Shown here piece by piece: positions 11,489 to 21,455 of a stretch of 64,000 bases of DNA. A model generated the notes under the pieces. That model was not told where the DNA came from and ran no database searches. It saw only the letters and a program-made list of their open reading frames with translations. The number at the start of each line of letters is the position of its first letter. Position 1 is the first letter of the stretch. A program made the translations under genes and the position numbers. Source of the stretch: an uncultured delta proteobacterium (GTDB taxonomy: Bacteria; Myxococcota_A; UBA9160; UBA4427); contig CAWGJT010000005.1 of assembly GCA_963822965.1 (NCBI GenBank), positions 1,792,001 through 1,856,000 of the forward strand. The letters are read 5' to 3'.

Positions 11489-12251
11489 TTGCACGGACGC
11501 GGCTACCACATGGGCTTCGGGCCCCCGGTCACACCCCAGATCATCAAGACCCTGATGATCGCGAACCTCGTGGTGTTCATCGCCCAGTACCTCGTGCCGT
11601 TCGTCGTACCAGTTCGGCGTGGTGACCGCGGACGCGACCTGGCTCGGTCTGCAGCTCTGGCGCCCGTTCACCTACATGTGGCTGCACGGCAGCCCCATGC
11701 ACCTCGCCTTCAACATGCTGGCGCTGTGGATGTTCGGCTCGCCGCTGGCGCTGTACTGGGGCGAGCAGCGCTTCCTCCGCTACTACCTCGTCTGCGGCGT
11801 GGGGGCGGGATTCCTGATCGCGACGGTGCCGCTGGTGCCGGTGCTGCTCGGCTGCGGGACCGGTGCTCGGCCCCACCGGCATTCCGACCCTCGGGCGCCT
11901 CGGGTGCCGTGATGGGCGCGCTGCTCGCCTTCTCGTTCACCTGGCCCGACCGCACCATCATGCTGCTGTTTCCGCCGATCCCCTTGAAGGCGATCTGGCT
12001 GATCCCGCTCCTCCTCTTCTTCGAGCTGTTCGGCGGCCCGTCGAACGTCAGCCACCTGGGACACCTGGGGGGTGTCCTGGTGGGCTGGATCTATCTCGTC
12101 AACGAGGGCAAGACACCCGGAGCCCCCAACCTGCGAACTCTCAAGCTCCGCTACCAGCGCTACCAGATGCGCAAGAAGCTTCGTTCGGTCCACGACGACG
12201 CGCGCCGGGAGCGGGAACAGAGACGCAGCAACGACCGGACCTATCCACTAG
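11489..12251 (+). CDS. Rhomboid intramembrane serine protease (frameshifted)
   Basis: WRPFTYMWLH and HLAFNM in ORF 11619; GASGA and SHLGHLGG in ORF 11489; ends approximate. Confidence 0.88.
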
Positions 12252-12296
12252 CGTCCCGCCCAGAAGTCCCTCCAGCGCGCCCGCAGGAGAGTCGAC

Positions 12297-13187
12297 ATGA
12301 GCTCACGATCCGATCGGGACCGTGACTGCGCAGAGGATGCTCGCGGTTTCGGCGGCTTCCTGAGGAGCCTGCTGTCCGGAATTCCGTGGAGCGAGAGCGC
12401 CCACGCGGAAGAGACCCTGCTGCTCGACGCCCCCGTCGGCCGACACATGTCGGTCCACAACGCCAACGGACGCACGCGGGTGATCGGCGAGGAGCGGAAC
12501 GACATCGAGGTGCAGATCGAGAAGCACGCCCGGGGCGAGACGCCCGCCGCCGCCGAAGAGGTGCTCGACGAGATCGACGTCACCTGGGAGGAGGCCGGGG
12601 GTGGGCTCGATCTCGAGGTGGTGGCGCCGTCTCGCTGGAAGCGCCGCGGCAGCGCCAACCTGGTGGTGCGCGTGCCCCGGGACCTCGAGGTGGAGGTGGT
12701 CGCCGCCAACGGCCGGGTCTGCATGGAGGGGCTACGCAGCGCCGTCCACGCCCGCTCGAGCAACGGTCCGGTCTCGATCTCCGACGTGGTGGGGGACATC
12801 GAGGTCTACACGTCGAACGCGAAGGTGTCCTGCAGCTGCACGTGCGGCCGGCTGAAGGCGCGCTCCAGCAACAGCAAGATCCAGCTCGACGAGCACCGCG
12901 GCTCGGTGGACGCGTCCACGTCCAACGGCGTGATCCACGCCGTCCTGTCCGAGCTCGGTGCCGAGGGCATCGTGCTCGCCACCAGCAACGGACGCATCGT
13001 GCTCGAGCTGCCCGAGGACTGCGACGGGGACGTGGACGTCCGCGTCGACAACGGCATGATCCGAAACTCGCTCGAGATGGATCAGACGGCGAACGACGAC
13101 CGCACGGGTCGTCTGCGTGGCCGCCTCGGCCGGGGCGGCATCCCCATCAAGCTGCGCACCTCGAACGGAACCGTCTCGCTGCGCTAG
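12297..13187 (+). CDS. DUF4097-like beta-strand repeat protein
   Basis: Repeated (T/S)SNG-x-I/V motifs. Confidence 0.82.
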   Translation: MSSRSDRDRDCAEDARGFGGFLRSLLSGIPWSESAHAEETLLLDAPVGRHMSVHNANGRTRVIGEERNDIEVQIEKHARGETPAAAEEVLDEIDVTWEEAGGGLDLEVVAPSRWKRRGSANLVVRVPRDLEVEVVAANGRVCMEGLRSAVHARSSNGPVSISDVVGDIEVYTSNAKVSCSCTCGRLKARSSNSKIQLDEHRGSVDASTSNGVIHAVLSELGAEGIVLATSNGRIVLELPEDCDGDVDVRVDNGMIRNSLEMDQTANDDRTGRLRGRLGRGGIPIKLRTSNGTVSLR

Positions 13188-13266
13188 GGGGCTGACCCAA
13201 GACTCCCGTGGGAAGTGTCTTGGGCAAGGCTCCTGGACTAGCCGGCGCCGCAGCGAGCGGGTCGAC

Positions 13267-14481
13267 CTACTTCGAGCTCGACCCCAGGCGGCGGGTCACC
13301 GTCACGCCGTCGCGAACCAGCTCGACGTCCGAGAGGCCGATCTTCGCGACCGTGAAGCCGGCGACGACGTCTCCCTCGCCGACCCGGCGGGGCGACGCGT
13401 CGCCCTCCACCTGCAGCACGGCGACGCGGCGGTTCGGGGTGGGGTGCCAGATGATCTGCTGCACCGAGAGCACCGCGTCGGACGCGCGCTCCACGACGGC
13501 GACCTTCGCCACCGCCGCGGCGGCGGAGGCCGAAGACCCGGACTTCGAAGCAACCGACGAGCCCGACGCGGATTTCGTCGACGCCGGCGAGGAAGGCTTC
13601 GCGGCCGAAGCCGACTTCGGCGCAGCGACCCCGGCGGAGCCCCCCGACGCGACCGAGGCCGACTTCTGTGACGCGACCGAAGCCGAGCTTCCCGACACGG
13701 CCGCAGCCGACTTCTGCACCGCGACCGAAGGCGGCGACGCCGACACGGCCGCAGCCGGCTCGGGCGCCCGCGCGGAAGCGGCGGCGCTCTTCGCGCGCTC
13801 CTGCCGCGCGGCCAGCACGTCGCTCTTCACCTTGGGGGCGTTCTTCCCTCGCACGGGGACTCTGGCGCTCGGCGCGCGTCTCACCCCGGCAGACGCCGCT
13901 GCAACGTCCCCCGCCGTGGCGCCCGCGGCGACCGCTTCGGCCTTCGCGTCGGCCTTCGCGTTGGCGTTCGCGTTGGCGTTGGCGGCGGCGGCGGTGTTGG
14001 CGTCGGCTCCCGGGGACCCTTCCACCGGCGCATCCGCGAGGCGCTGCATCTCGCGCCGTACCTCCTGCGCCTTGGCGAACACCTCCATGCGCTTGGCGGC
14101 CGTGGAGGGCTCGATGCGCAGCGACGCGGCGGGCGGCTGCCCGGCGCCGGGGCTCGCGGCGGGGTCCGCTGGCACGATCGGCTGGAGCGTCTGCTCGGGG
14201 GCGCCCGCGAGCGCGACGGCCTCGGCCTCTCCGCTGGCGCGCGGCGGGGAAGGCTCGGCGGCGACCATCGGGCTTCGCGCGGCCGGCAGCCACAGGGACG
14301 AGAGCGACCACGCGATGGCGATCGCGCCCAGGGTGGCCGCGATGCCCGCACCGAGGCCCACCCACAGGTTGCGGGGGCGCTGCGGAACGGCCGGCTCCAG
14401 CACCGCTTGATCGAGGCTCATGGCCGCTCGCGCCCGCTTGTCCTCTTCGAGGCGGCGGAGCGCCTTCAGGATCGTGCTCAC
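13267..14481 (-). CDS. GspB/ExeB-like protein
   Basis: N-terminal STILKALRRLEE, one TM helix, long Ala/Ser/Pro linker and small C-terminal beta domain; coupled to the upstream ExeA-like gene. Confidence 0.72.
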   Translation of the reverse strand: MSTILKALRRLEEDKRARAAMSLDQAVLEPAVPQRPRNLWVGLGAGIAATLGAIAIAWSLSSLWLPAARSPMVAAEPSPPRASGEAEAVALAGAPEQTLQPIVPADPAASPGAGQPPAASLRIEPSTAAKRMEVFAKAQEVRREMQRLADAPVEGSPGADANTAAAANANANANAKADAKAEAVAAGATAGDVAAASAGVRRAPSARVPVRGKNAPKVKSDVLAARQERAKSAAASARAPEPAAAVSASPPSVAVQKSAAAVSGSSASVASQKSASVASGGSAGVAAPKSASAAKPSSPASTKSASGSSVASKSGSSASAAAAVAKVAVVERASDAVLSVQQIIWHPTPNRRVAVLQVEGDASPRRVGEGDVVAGFTVAKIGLSDVELVRDGVTVTRRLGSSSK

Positions 14482-16384
14482 TCGCTCACCCCCACCTCGG
14501 CGGGATCGACGAGCCGCGGCACCTCGTAGCGCCCCAGCAGGTCGTAGAGAACCATGCGCGTGCGCGGGCCGGCCATGCCGTCCGCCTGGAGCTGGTGGAT
14601 GCGCTGAAACTCGCGCAGGCCTTCGCGGGTGTCGCGATCGAAGAGCCCCGAGGCGGGCCCTTCGTAGTAGCCGAGCTCGGCCAGCGCCTCCTGCAGCCAG
14701 GCTACGGAATGGCCCTGCTCGCCGAAGGCCAGCACGGGTCGTACCGACTCGAAGTCGTTCCACACCACCCACGCCTCGCCGTCCCACTGCTGCAGCATCT
14801 CGTCGATGGGCACCCAGAGCGGGGCGTCGCCGGTCAGGCCGTAGATCGAGGCGAGATCGCCGTCGAGCTGCATCAGGGCGACGAGCCGGGTCTGCGATTC
14901 GTCGGAGCCACGCAGCCGCAGCAGCGCGGGATGGTTGAGCGCGCGCAGCTTCTCGAGGTCGCCGTAGTCGACGGCGAGCGTCGAGAGCCCCCGTTCGCCC
15001 AGCCACAGGGAGGCGATGTCGTCGCTGGTGGGGGACGGCTCGTAGCCCGGGAGACCGAAGGCGTCGAGCACGGCATTGAGGGCGTCTCGGCGGCCCTGGT
15101 CCTCGTCCTGGGCGTCGATGGCCCCCGTCAGGAAGGCTCCCATCGCCAGGCCTTCCAGGGCCGCGCGGGACATCTCCTGTCCGCGCTCGGGATCCACGGG
15201 GCGCAGCGACTGCGCGTCGAGGCCGGGCACCGAGTCCACGGCGACGCTGGCCGAGGCGTCGAAGCCCCCGTCCACCGGCGCCGCGGCCACCTCGATCTCG
15301 GGTCCGAGCGCGCCCGCAGGTGACATCCCTTGCGTGCCGGCCGGCGGCGCGCTGCCCACGGGCCCCTCGCCGGGCGAGGCCACCGCGCGCAGACGGGCCA
15401 GCAGCGGCTGCAGCTGCTGGTGCGCGAAGTCCGAACCGCCGAGCGCCAGGCCTCCCGCCACCGCAACCCCCAGCAGCAGACCCGCCACGAACACCGAGCC
15501 GACGCCCAGCCGGCGCAGCAGCCCGCGACCGCCGACGGCGGCATCGGCGAGCCGGGACGCCCGCGAGCGCCGGCGATCCGCGTCGGGAATCTCGCGCGCC
15601 GCCTGCTTGACGATCGCGGGGGTGATGCGCTGGCGCGCGCGCGACGTAGCCGGCGAGCAGCGCGCGGTCGCACAGCACGTTCACCAGGCGCGGCACGCCG
15701 CCCGTGCGGCGGTGGATCTCGCGAAGGGCGGCGTCGCTGAAGAGATCGCGCTCGGCCGCGGCCGCCACGTGCAGCCGGTGTCGCACGTACTCCCGCGTCT
15801 CGCGTGCCGAGAGCGGATGCAGCGCCCATCGCACGCTGATGCGTTGGCGCAGCTGCCGCAGCTCGGCCGAGTCGAGCTTGCGATCGAGCTCGGGCTGCCC
15901 GAGCAGCAGGATGTGGATGAGCTTCGAGGAAGACGTCTCGAGGTTCGACAGCAGCCGCACCTGCTCGAGGGTGCTGCCGGAGAGGTTCTGGGCCTCGTCG
16001 ATGATGAGGAGCACGCGACGATGCTCCTGCTTCTTCTGCAGCAGGAAGCGGTTGAGCTCGCCCATCAGATCGCTGCGCGTGCTGCCGAGCGACCTCGATC
16101 CCGAACTCGGCGCTGATGTCCTCGAGCAGCTCGAGACCGGACGGGCTCGGGTTGAAGAGGAAGGCCACCTCGGTCTCGGTGCCGAGCCGATCGAGCAGGG
16201 TGCGACAGATGGTGGTCTTGCCCGTTCCGACCTCACCGGTGACGCAGATGAAGCCCTCGGCCTGGTCGATGCCGTACAGCAGGTGCGCGAGCGCCTCGCG
16301 ATGGGCATCGGCGAGGAACAGGTATCGGGGGTCGGGAACGAGTGCGAAAGGCTTCTCGCGAAGCCCGTAGAACGCGGTATACAT
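14478..16384 (-). CDS. ExeA/GspA-like AAA ATPase with C-terminal peptidoglycan-binding domain (several frameshifts)
   Basis: MYTAFYGLREKPF...PDPRYLF, GEVGTGKT, IIDEAQNL, GQPEL and GVPRLVN; C-terminal FQRIHQLQADGMAGPRT. Confidence 0.88.
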
Positions 16385-16476
16385 GGCGGAGCAACCTGGC
16401 GCGCGAGTGTAACTCATTGAATCAGAAAGAGGTTCGCGGGAAACGGTTCCCGATGGGTGAAGCGGAGCGCCCCTGA

Positions 16477-17432
16477 ATGACCGGCCACGGCCCGGAAGTC
16501 GGCCTCGACGTGGGGGCCACCCTCGCCAAGATCGTCCTGGAGCGCTCCGGAGCGGGCACAAGGGCCCGCCTTCGAGCTGCTGCCCTCGGCCGACCCGGCC
16601 GCCGTGGCGGACCACGTGAGCGCGCTGGGACCGTCCCGGGTGGGCGCGACCGGGGGCGGGGCCGTCGGCCTGCTCGCCCGGCTGCCCGAGCCGACTCGAA
16701 CGCGCCCTGCCATCACGCGGGCGAGTTCGAGGCCTGGGGGGCCGGTGCCCGGCGTCTGCTGGCCCGGGCCGAGAGGCGTTGTCGGCGCTTCCGGCACCGG
16801 CGGCTCTCGGCTCTCCCGGAGGGCCTCCCGCCGGTGAGCCCTTCCTGGTGGTCTCGCTGGGGACAGGGACCTCGATCCTGCTGGTCACACCGGAGACCAC
16901 CCTGCGGGTGGGCGGCACGGCCCTGGGCGGCGGCGCCGTCGTCGGGCCTCGGGGGCACGCTGGCCAGCGCCAACTTCGAGGAGCTCTGCGAGCTGGCCGA
17001 CGCAGGGCGACGCCGGAGCGGTCGACCTCCGGGTCTCGGACATCTACGCCGACCACGAGATTCCGCTGGCCGGCAATCTCACCGCCGCGAGCTTCGGCAA
17101 GCTGGCGCGCGACCTGGACGAGCAGGGCTTCGCGCGCGCGAAGCCGAGCCGCCAGGACCGCGCCGATCGGGTCGCTGGCGTGATGCGACTCGTGGGCGAG
17201 AACGTCGCGCTCATCTGCGCCGGCATCGCGGCGGCGACCGGCGCGCGCAACACGTGGTGTACGGCGGCTCGACGCTGCGCGGCAACTCGTGCCTCGTCGA
17301 GGTGCTTCGCCGAGGTGACGACGCTGTGCGGGCTGCAATGCTGCTTCCTCCCTCACGGCGGCTTCGTGGGCGCGCTCGGACGCGCTCGAGCTGGCACGCC
17401 GGGCCGCGGGCGTCGGGGAGGGGAATCGCTGA
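16477..17432 (+). CDS. Type II (fumble/CoaW-like) pantothenate kinase, heavily frameshifted
   Basis: Motifs across frames: GLDVGATLAKI, EFEAW, VSLGTGTS, RVGGTALGGG, DLRVSDIY and AASFGK. Confidence 0.75.
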
Positions 17433-17561
17433 GGGGTGCGCGGACCACTTCGAGAGTCGGCGAGCTAAACGCCCAACGAAGAAGAGCGTCTCGCACCGAC
17501 GCGAGACGCTCTCCGGTTCCTGGATCCAACCCTTGGATCCCGAGAAGACTCGCCGTCGGTG

Positions 17562-19133
17562 CTACGAGCGCGGTCCCTCGGGCCGGCTGGGATCGCGCAG
17601 GGCCGGCTCCGTGGGTGCGTCCTCGCCCGGACGGCTCAGGTTGCGGACGGCGCGCTGGGTGCGTGCGATGGCGGCGCGCTGCACGCGCAGCTCCTCGGTC
17701 TGGGCCGCGACCTGGCGCTCCAGACGCTCCTTGGCGTCCACCAGCTCGTCGATGCGCGTCTCCATCGCGGCCATGCGGCGCTCGAACTCCGCGATCATGC
17801 GCGCCGCGTCGCCGCCGCCGGCCATGCCGGCCGCCATCGGGCTCGAATCGAGAAGGGTCGTCTGGGCGTTGTCGGAGGTCATGTCCATCTTCTTTCCTTC
17901 CTGAGCGGACCGGGGCTTGGCGGACGGGGGGCCTTCGTCTTCGTCGAGCGGGATGCCGACCTCGGCCCTGGCGGCCTGGCTGATCGGAATCTCCTCGGTC
18001 TCTGCCTCGACGTCGGCTCCGGCATCGAGACCGGCGAACGGATTCTCGTCGTCGCCGAGCGGGTTGTCGAACGCGCTGGCGTCCACCACCTCGGCTGCGT
18101 TGCGGCGGCGTACGAAGAAGACGCCCGCCGCGACCACGAGCAGCAGCCCGACGGCGCCGACGGCGATGTTCTGGAGGCTGAATAGACCGTTGCCACCGGG
18201 CGGTGTCGCCGCCGCCGGCCGGGGCGGCGTGGCCTGGGGCCGGGCGGTCGCAGCCGGGGTCGGACGGGGCCGCGCCTCGGCGGGCGGCTGGGCGGGCATG
18301 CCGGGCGTGGGCGGAGCAGCGCGCCGCGGCGGTGTCGCATCCGCGGCGGGCGGCGTCGCCTTCGCGGGGGTGTCCGGCGTGGGGGTCGGGCGGGCGGCCG
18401 GCGCCTTGGCGGCCATCCGCACGCCGGGTCCGCTCGCCGCCTTGCTGTCGTCGGGCAGCGAGGCGGGGGGCTGCGGGGTCGCCATGCGCTCGGCCTTGAG
18501 CTGGGTCCGCGACTGGACGACTCGCTCGGCCGGCTTCGCGGCGGGTGCCGGGGCGGGCTTCGGGGCAGTCGTCTTCGCCGTCGGGGCAGTGGTCTTCGCC
18601 GTCGGGGCAGTGGTCTTCGCCGTCGGGGCAGTGGTCTTCGCCGTCGGCGCCTTCGCGACCTTCTTCTTCGCCTTCGCCTTCGCCTTCGCGGCGGCCAGAG
18701 CCTTCTCGTTCAGGACGTCGAGCACGATCCGCGGCGGGCTCGCGAGGATCATCTCCTTGAGCTTCAGGTCGTTGCCCTTCAGGCGGATGCGCACGCTCGA
18801 GCGGTCGCTGCCCACGGGCCGGACCTCGACGCTGTCGATGTAGTCGAGCTTGCCTCGCAGGGTGCGGGCCTTTGCGGCGGCGTCCAGGGAGACGATGAGC
18901 TCGTTCACGCCCGCGGACGGCGTGTTGCGCTCCACCTTGTAGCCCACGGAAGAGTCCAGCTCGAAGACCACGCGGGAATAGCCGACGTGCTGACCGACCC
19001 GCACGTCCACGACCCGGGCCGCCCAGGCGGGCACCGCCGCCAGCAACATCGCCGCGCACAGACCCACCCACAGCCAGCGCCGGTGAAGTGCCGTTGCCCG
19101 GTGCTTCTCCTGCTCTCTACGGCTCGCTTGCAT
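17562..19133 (-). CDS. Exported/membrane protein: signal peptide, AMIN-like domain, Pro/Ala linker, TM helix and C-terminal coiled coil
   Basis: PAWA cleavage site; VRVGQH..SRVVFEL and PPRIVLDV; TM followed by RRR; heptad-like tail. Confidence 0.7.
   Translation of the reverse strand: MQASRREQEKHRATALHRRWLWVGLCAAMLLAAVPAWAARVVDVRVGQHVGYSRVVFELDSSVGYKVERNTPSAGVNELIVSLDAAAKARTLRGKLDYIDSVEVRPVGSDRSSVRIRLKGNDLKLKEMILASPPRIVLDVLNEKALAAAKAKAKAKKKVAKAPTAKTTAPTAKTTAPTAKTTAPTAKTTAPKPAPAPAAKPAERVVQSRTQLKAERMATPQPPASLPDDSKAASGPGVRMAAKAPAARPTPTPDTPAKATPPAADATPPRRAAPPTPGMPAQPPAEARPRPTPAATARPQATPPRPAAATPPGGNGLFSLQNIAVGAVGLLLVVAAGVFFVRRRNAAEVVDASAFDNPLGDDENPFAGLDAGADVEAETEEIPISQAARAEVGIPLDEDEGPPSAKPRSAQEGKKMDMTSDNAQTTLLDSSPMAAGMAGGGDAARMIAEFERRMAAMETRIDELVDAKERLERQVAAQTEELRVQRAAIARTQRAVRNLSRPGEDAPTEPALRDPSRPEGPRS
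18560..18647. repeat. 21-bp coding tandem repeat x4 (TAKTTAP)
   Basis: TCGGGGCAGTSGTCTTCGCCG repeated four times. Confidence 0.95.
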
Positions 19134-19452
19134 CGTTTCGCGCCCTCTCTCGCGCCACGCTTGTCTCGTCAGTCCGCTCGCGTCACTCGATCCGTCACGC
19201 TCGAAGATCGGGACCCGCCAGCCGGCCCCGCTCGCTTCACGGGATTCACGCGTCGGCTCCCGTCTCCCGACCCGGGACTTGCACATTCCTTTACGGGTTC
19301 GCGCCGACAGTCTTTAGGGGGGATTTGGAGCGGCTGGCGCGAAACCCGATCGAATCACGATTCAGGGTGGAAACCCACCCGGCCTGCACCTGACTTCCCC
19401 TCTCCGGCTCTCTCCGGCCCTCTGGAGAGCTCCCCGACCGGCTCGCACGATG

Positions 19453-20283
19453 TCAACGCGGCAGCAGCAGCTCGCCAAGTGTCCGGATCGCCAATCGAAT
19501 GCGGGGACCGTACCACGACACCCAGGTACCGTCGATCAAATGGATGCGGCCGTCCCGGGCGGCGGGAACCTCGAGCCCGCCGAGCTCGCGCGCGTCGGAC
19601 GCCGTGAACGCGTACGGCTCGTCGGGCAGCCAGACGACGTCCGGCGCCAGCGCAACCAGCTCGTCGAGATCGAGCTTCGGGTAGCGCTCGTCGGGGCGGC
19701 GGCGCCGGCGTCCGTCGGGCGCGAGCGCCGCGGTCACGTTCTCGCCTCCGCAGAGCTCGATCATGTCGTGCATGTAGGTGTCGCGCGACGGGGCCATCCA
19801 CGGATCGCGCCAGATGGGACAGAAGACGCGCGGCCGCGGCACGCCGCTCCGGCGCCGGTCGTGCTCGGCGGCTTCCACCGCCGCCAGTACCGGCAGGGCC
19901 ACCTCCCGGCGCGCCGTCTCGTCGGCGCCCAGCTTCGCCACCTCCAGCAGCAGCAGCGCCCCCTCGCGCACCGTGCGCGGATACGTGACCCACACGTCGA
20001 GACCCCGCGCGTCGAGGGCGTCCACCACCCGGCGCGTGTTCTCCTCGTGGTTGGCGATCACCAGGTCCGGCTGCAGGCGCGCGATCGCCTCCGGGTCGGC
20101 GTCCTTCGTGCCGCCCACCTTCGGCAGCGCCGCCACGGCGTCCGCCGGATGTACGCACCAGTCGGTCACGCCCACCACGCGGTCGCCCAGGCCCAGGGCG
20201 AAGAGCGACTCCGTGAGGCTCGGGACCAGCGAGACGATGCGGCCGGGCTCCCGCGCCGGCGGGGCGTCGAGCCGCGGGCTCAC
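19453..20283 (-). CDS. Helical-backbone metal receptor / BtuF-like cobalamin-binding protein
   Basis: RIVSLVPSLTE, VGVTDWC, VGGTK, EEN, PDEPY and SWYGPR. Confidence 0.88.
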   Translation of the reverse strand: MSPRLDAPPAREPGRIVSLVPSLTESLFALGLGDRVVGVTDWCVHPADAVAALPKVGGTKDADPEAIARLQPDLVIANHEENTRRVVDALDARGLDVWVTYPRTVREGALLLLEVAKLGADETARREVALPVLAAVEAAEHDRRRSGVPRPRVFCPIWRDPWMAPSRDTYMHDMIELCGGENVTAALAPDGRRRRRPDERYPKLDLDELVALAPDVVWLPDEPYAFTASDARELGGLEVPAARDGRIHLIDGTWVSWYGPRIRLAIRTLGELLLPR

Positions 20284-21455
20284 GGCGCGAACACCACCTG
20301 GAGCAGCCCGTCGTGGAAGCGGATGTCCTCGACGGCCCGGCCGCTCAGTGAGTCGGGCAGCGACACCAGGCGCTGGGCGTCGCGCACCTGCACCACCAGG
20401 TCGCGTCCGGCCGTCACCACCTCCACGTCCTCGGTCGCCATGCCCGGGAGGTCGATCTCGAGCACCGTGCTGCCCTCGTCCTTGCGCAGGCGAATGGGTC
20501 GCTTCCGGCTGAAGAAGCCGGCCGGGTCGTTCTCGCCGAACAGATCGCGGGCGAGCGCGGTGAGCGCCACCGGGCCGATGGGCTCCACCCGCTGCAGCGG
20601 GATCGAGAAGCGCGGCACGGGGAACGAGCGTTCGATGCGCGCCAGCTCTTCCTGCTCGCGCGCCGCCCAATTCGCGAAGTAGCCCGAGGCGGCGTCGGCC
20701 GGCAGCACGCGGTTCACGAGCACCGCGTCGGCGGCCACGCCGTACAGGCAGAGATAGGCGAACGAGCGGCGCGTCTCGTCCACCACCACCCGCGCCGGAT
20801 TCACCACCAGGCGCGCGCTGGTGCGATCGCCGTCGAGGAGGATCTGCCGCACGTCGGCCACGTCCTCGTAGAGCCGTTCGATGGCGCCGAACACCTCGTC
20901 CGAGGGCAGGAAGCGGTCCGCGTGCATGCGCTTGGCCACGGGCCGGATCATGTTCATGCCGCGCCGCTTCCACTCGAAGACGTTCTCCATGAAGAAGCGC
21001 AGCACGTCGGGAAAGCGGAGGAGCCGCAGGGTGGCGCCGGTGGGCGCGCAGTCCACCACGCACACGTCGTGCTCGCCCGCCGCCTCCACCTTGCGGATGG
21101 CGCGCAGGGCCACCAGCTCTTCGAGCCCCGGGAAGGCCACCAGCTCCTCGGCGACCATCTCCGCCTCGGCGCCCTCCACCTTCTGTCCCCGCAGCAGCAC
21201 GTTCATCCACTCCTGGACGACCGCCCACGCTTCGTCGAGCTCGTCGAGCACCGACAGCTCTTGCACGGTGACCCCGGGCGCCACCTGCTCGGGCGTCGAG
21301 CCGAGGGGCATGCCGAGGGCGTCGCCCAGGCTGTGGGCCGCGTCGGTGGACAGCACGAACACCCGGTGGCCGTGGAGAGCGGCCCCGAAGGCCGTGGTGA
21401 GGGCGACGGTCGTCTTGCCGACGCCTCCCTTCCCGGTGTGGAGCAGGACGCGCAT
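20280..21455 (-). CDS. ArsA/Get3-family ATPase with C-terminal HSP20-like domain (copy 2)
   Basis: GKGGVGKTT, STDAAHSLGD and DCAPTG. Confidence 0.92.
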   Translation of the reverse strand: MRVLLHTGKGGVGKTTVALTTAFGAALHGHRVFVLSTDAAHSLGDALGMPLGSTPEQVAPGVTVQELSVLDELDEAWAVVQEWMNVLLRGQKVEGAEAEMVAEELVAFPGLEELVALRAIRKVEAAGEHDVCVVDCAPTGATLRLLRFPDVLRFFMENVFEWKRRGMNMIRPVAKRMHADRFLPSDEVFGAIERLYEDVADVRQILLDGDRTSARLVVNPARVVVDETRRSFAYLCLYGVAADAVLVNRVLPADAASGYFANWAAREQEELARIERSFPVPRFSIPLQRVEPIGPVALTALARDLFGENDPAGFFSRKRPIRLRKDEGSTVLEIDLPGMATEDVEVVTAGRDLVVQVRDAQRLVSLPDSLSGRAVEDIRFHDGLLQVVFAP

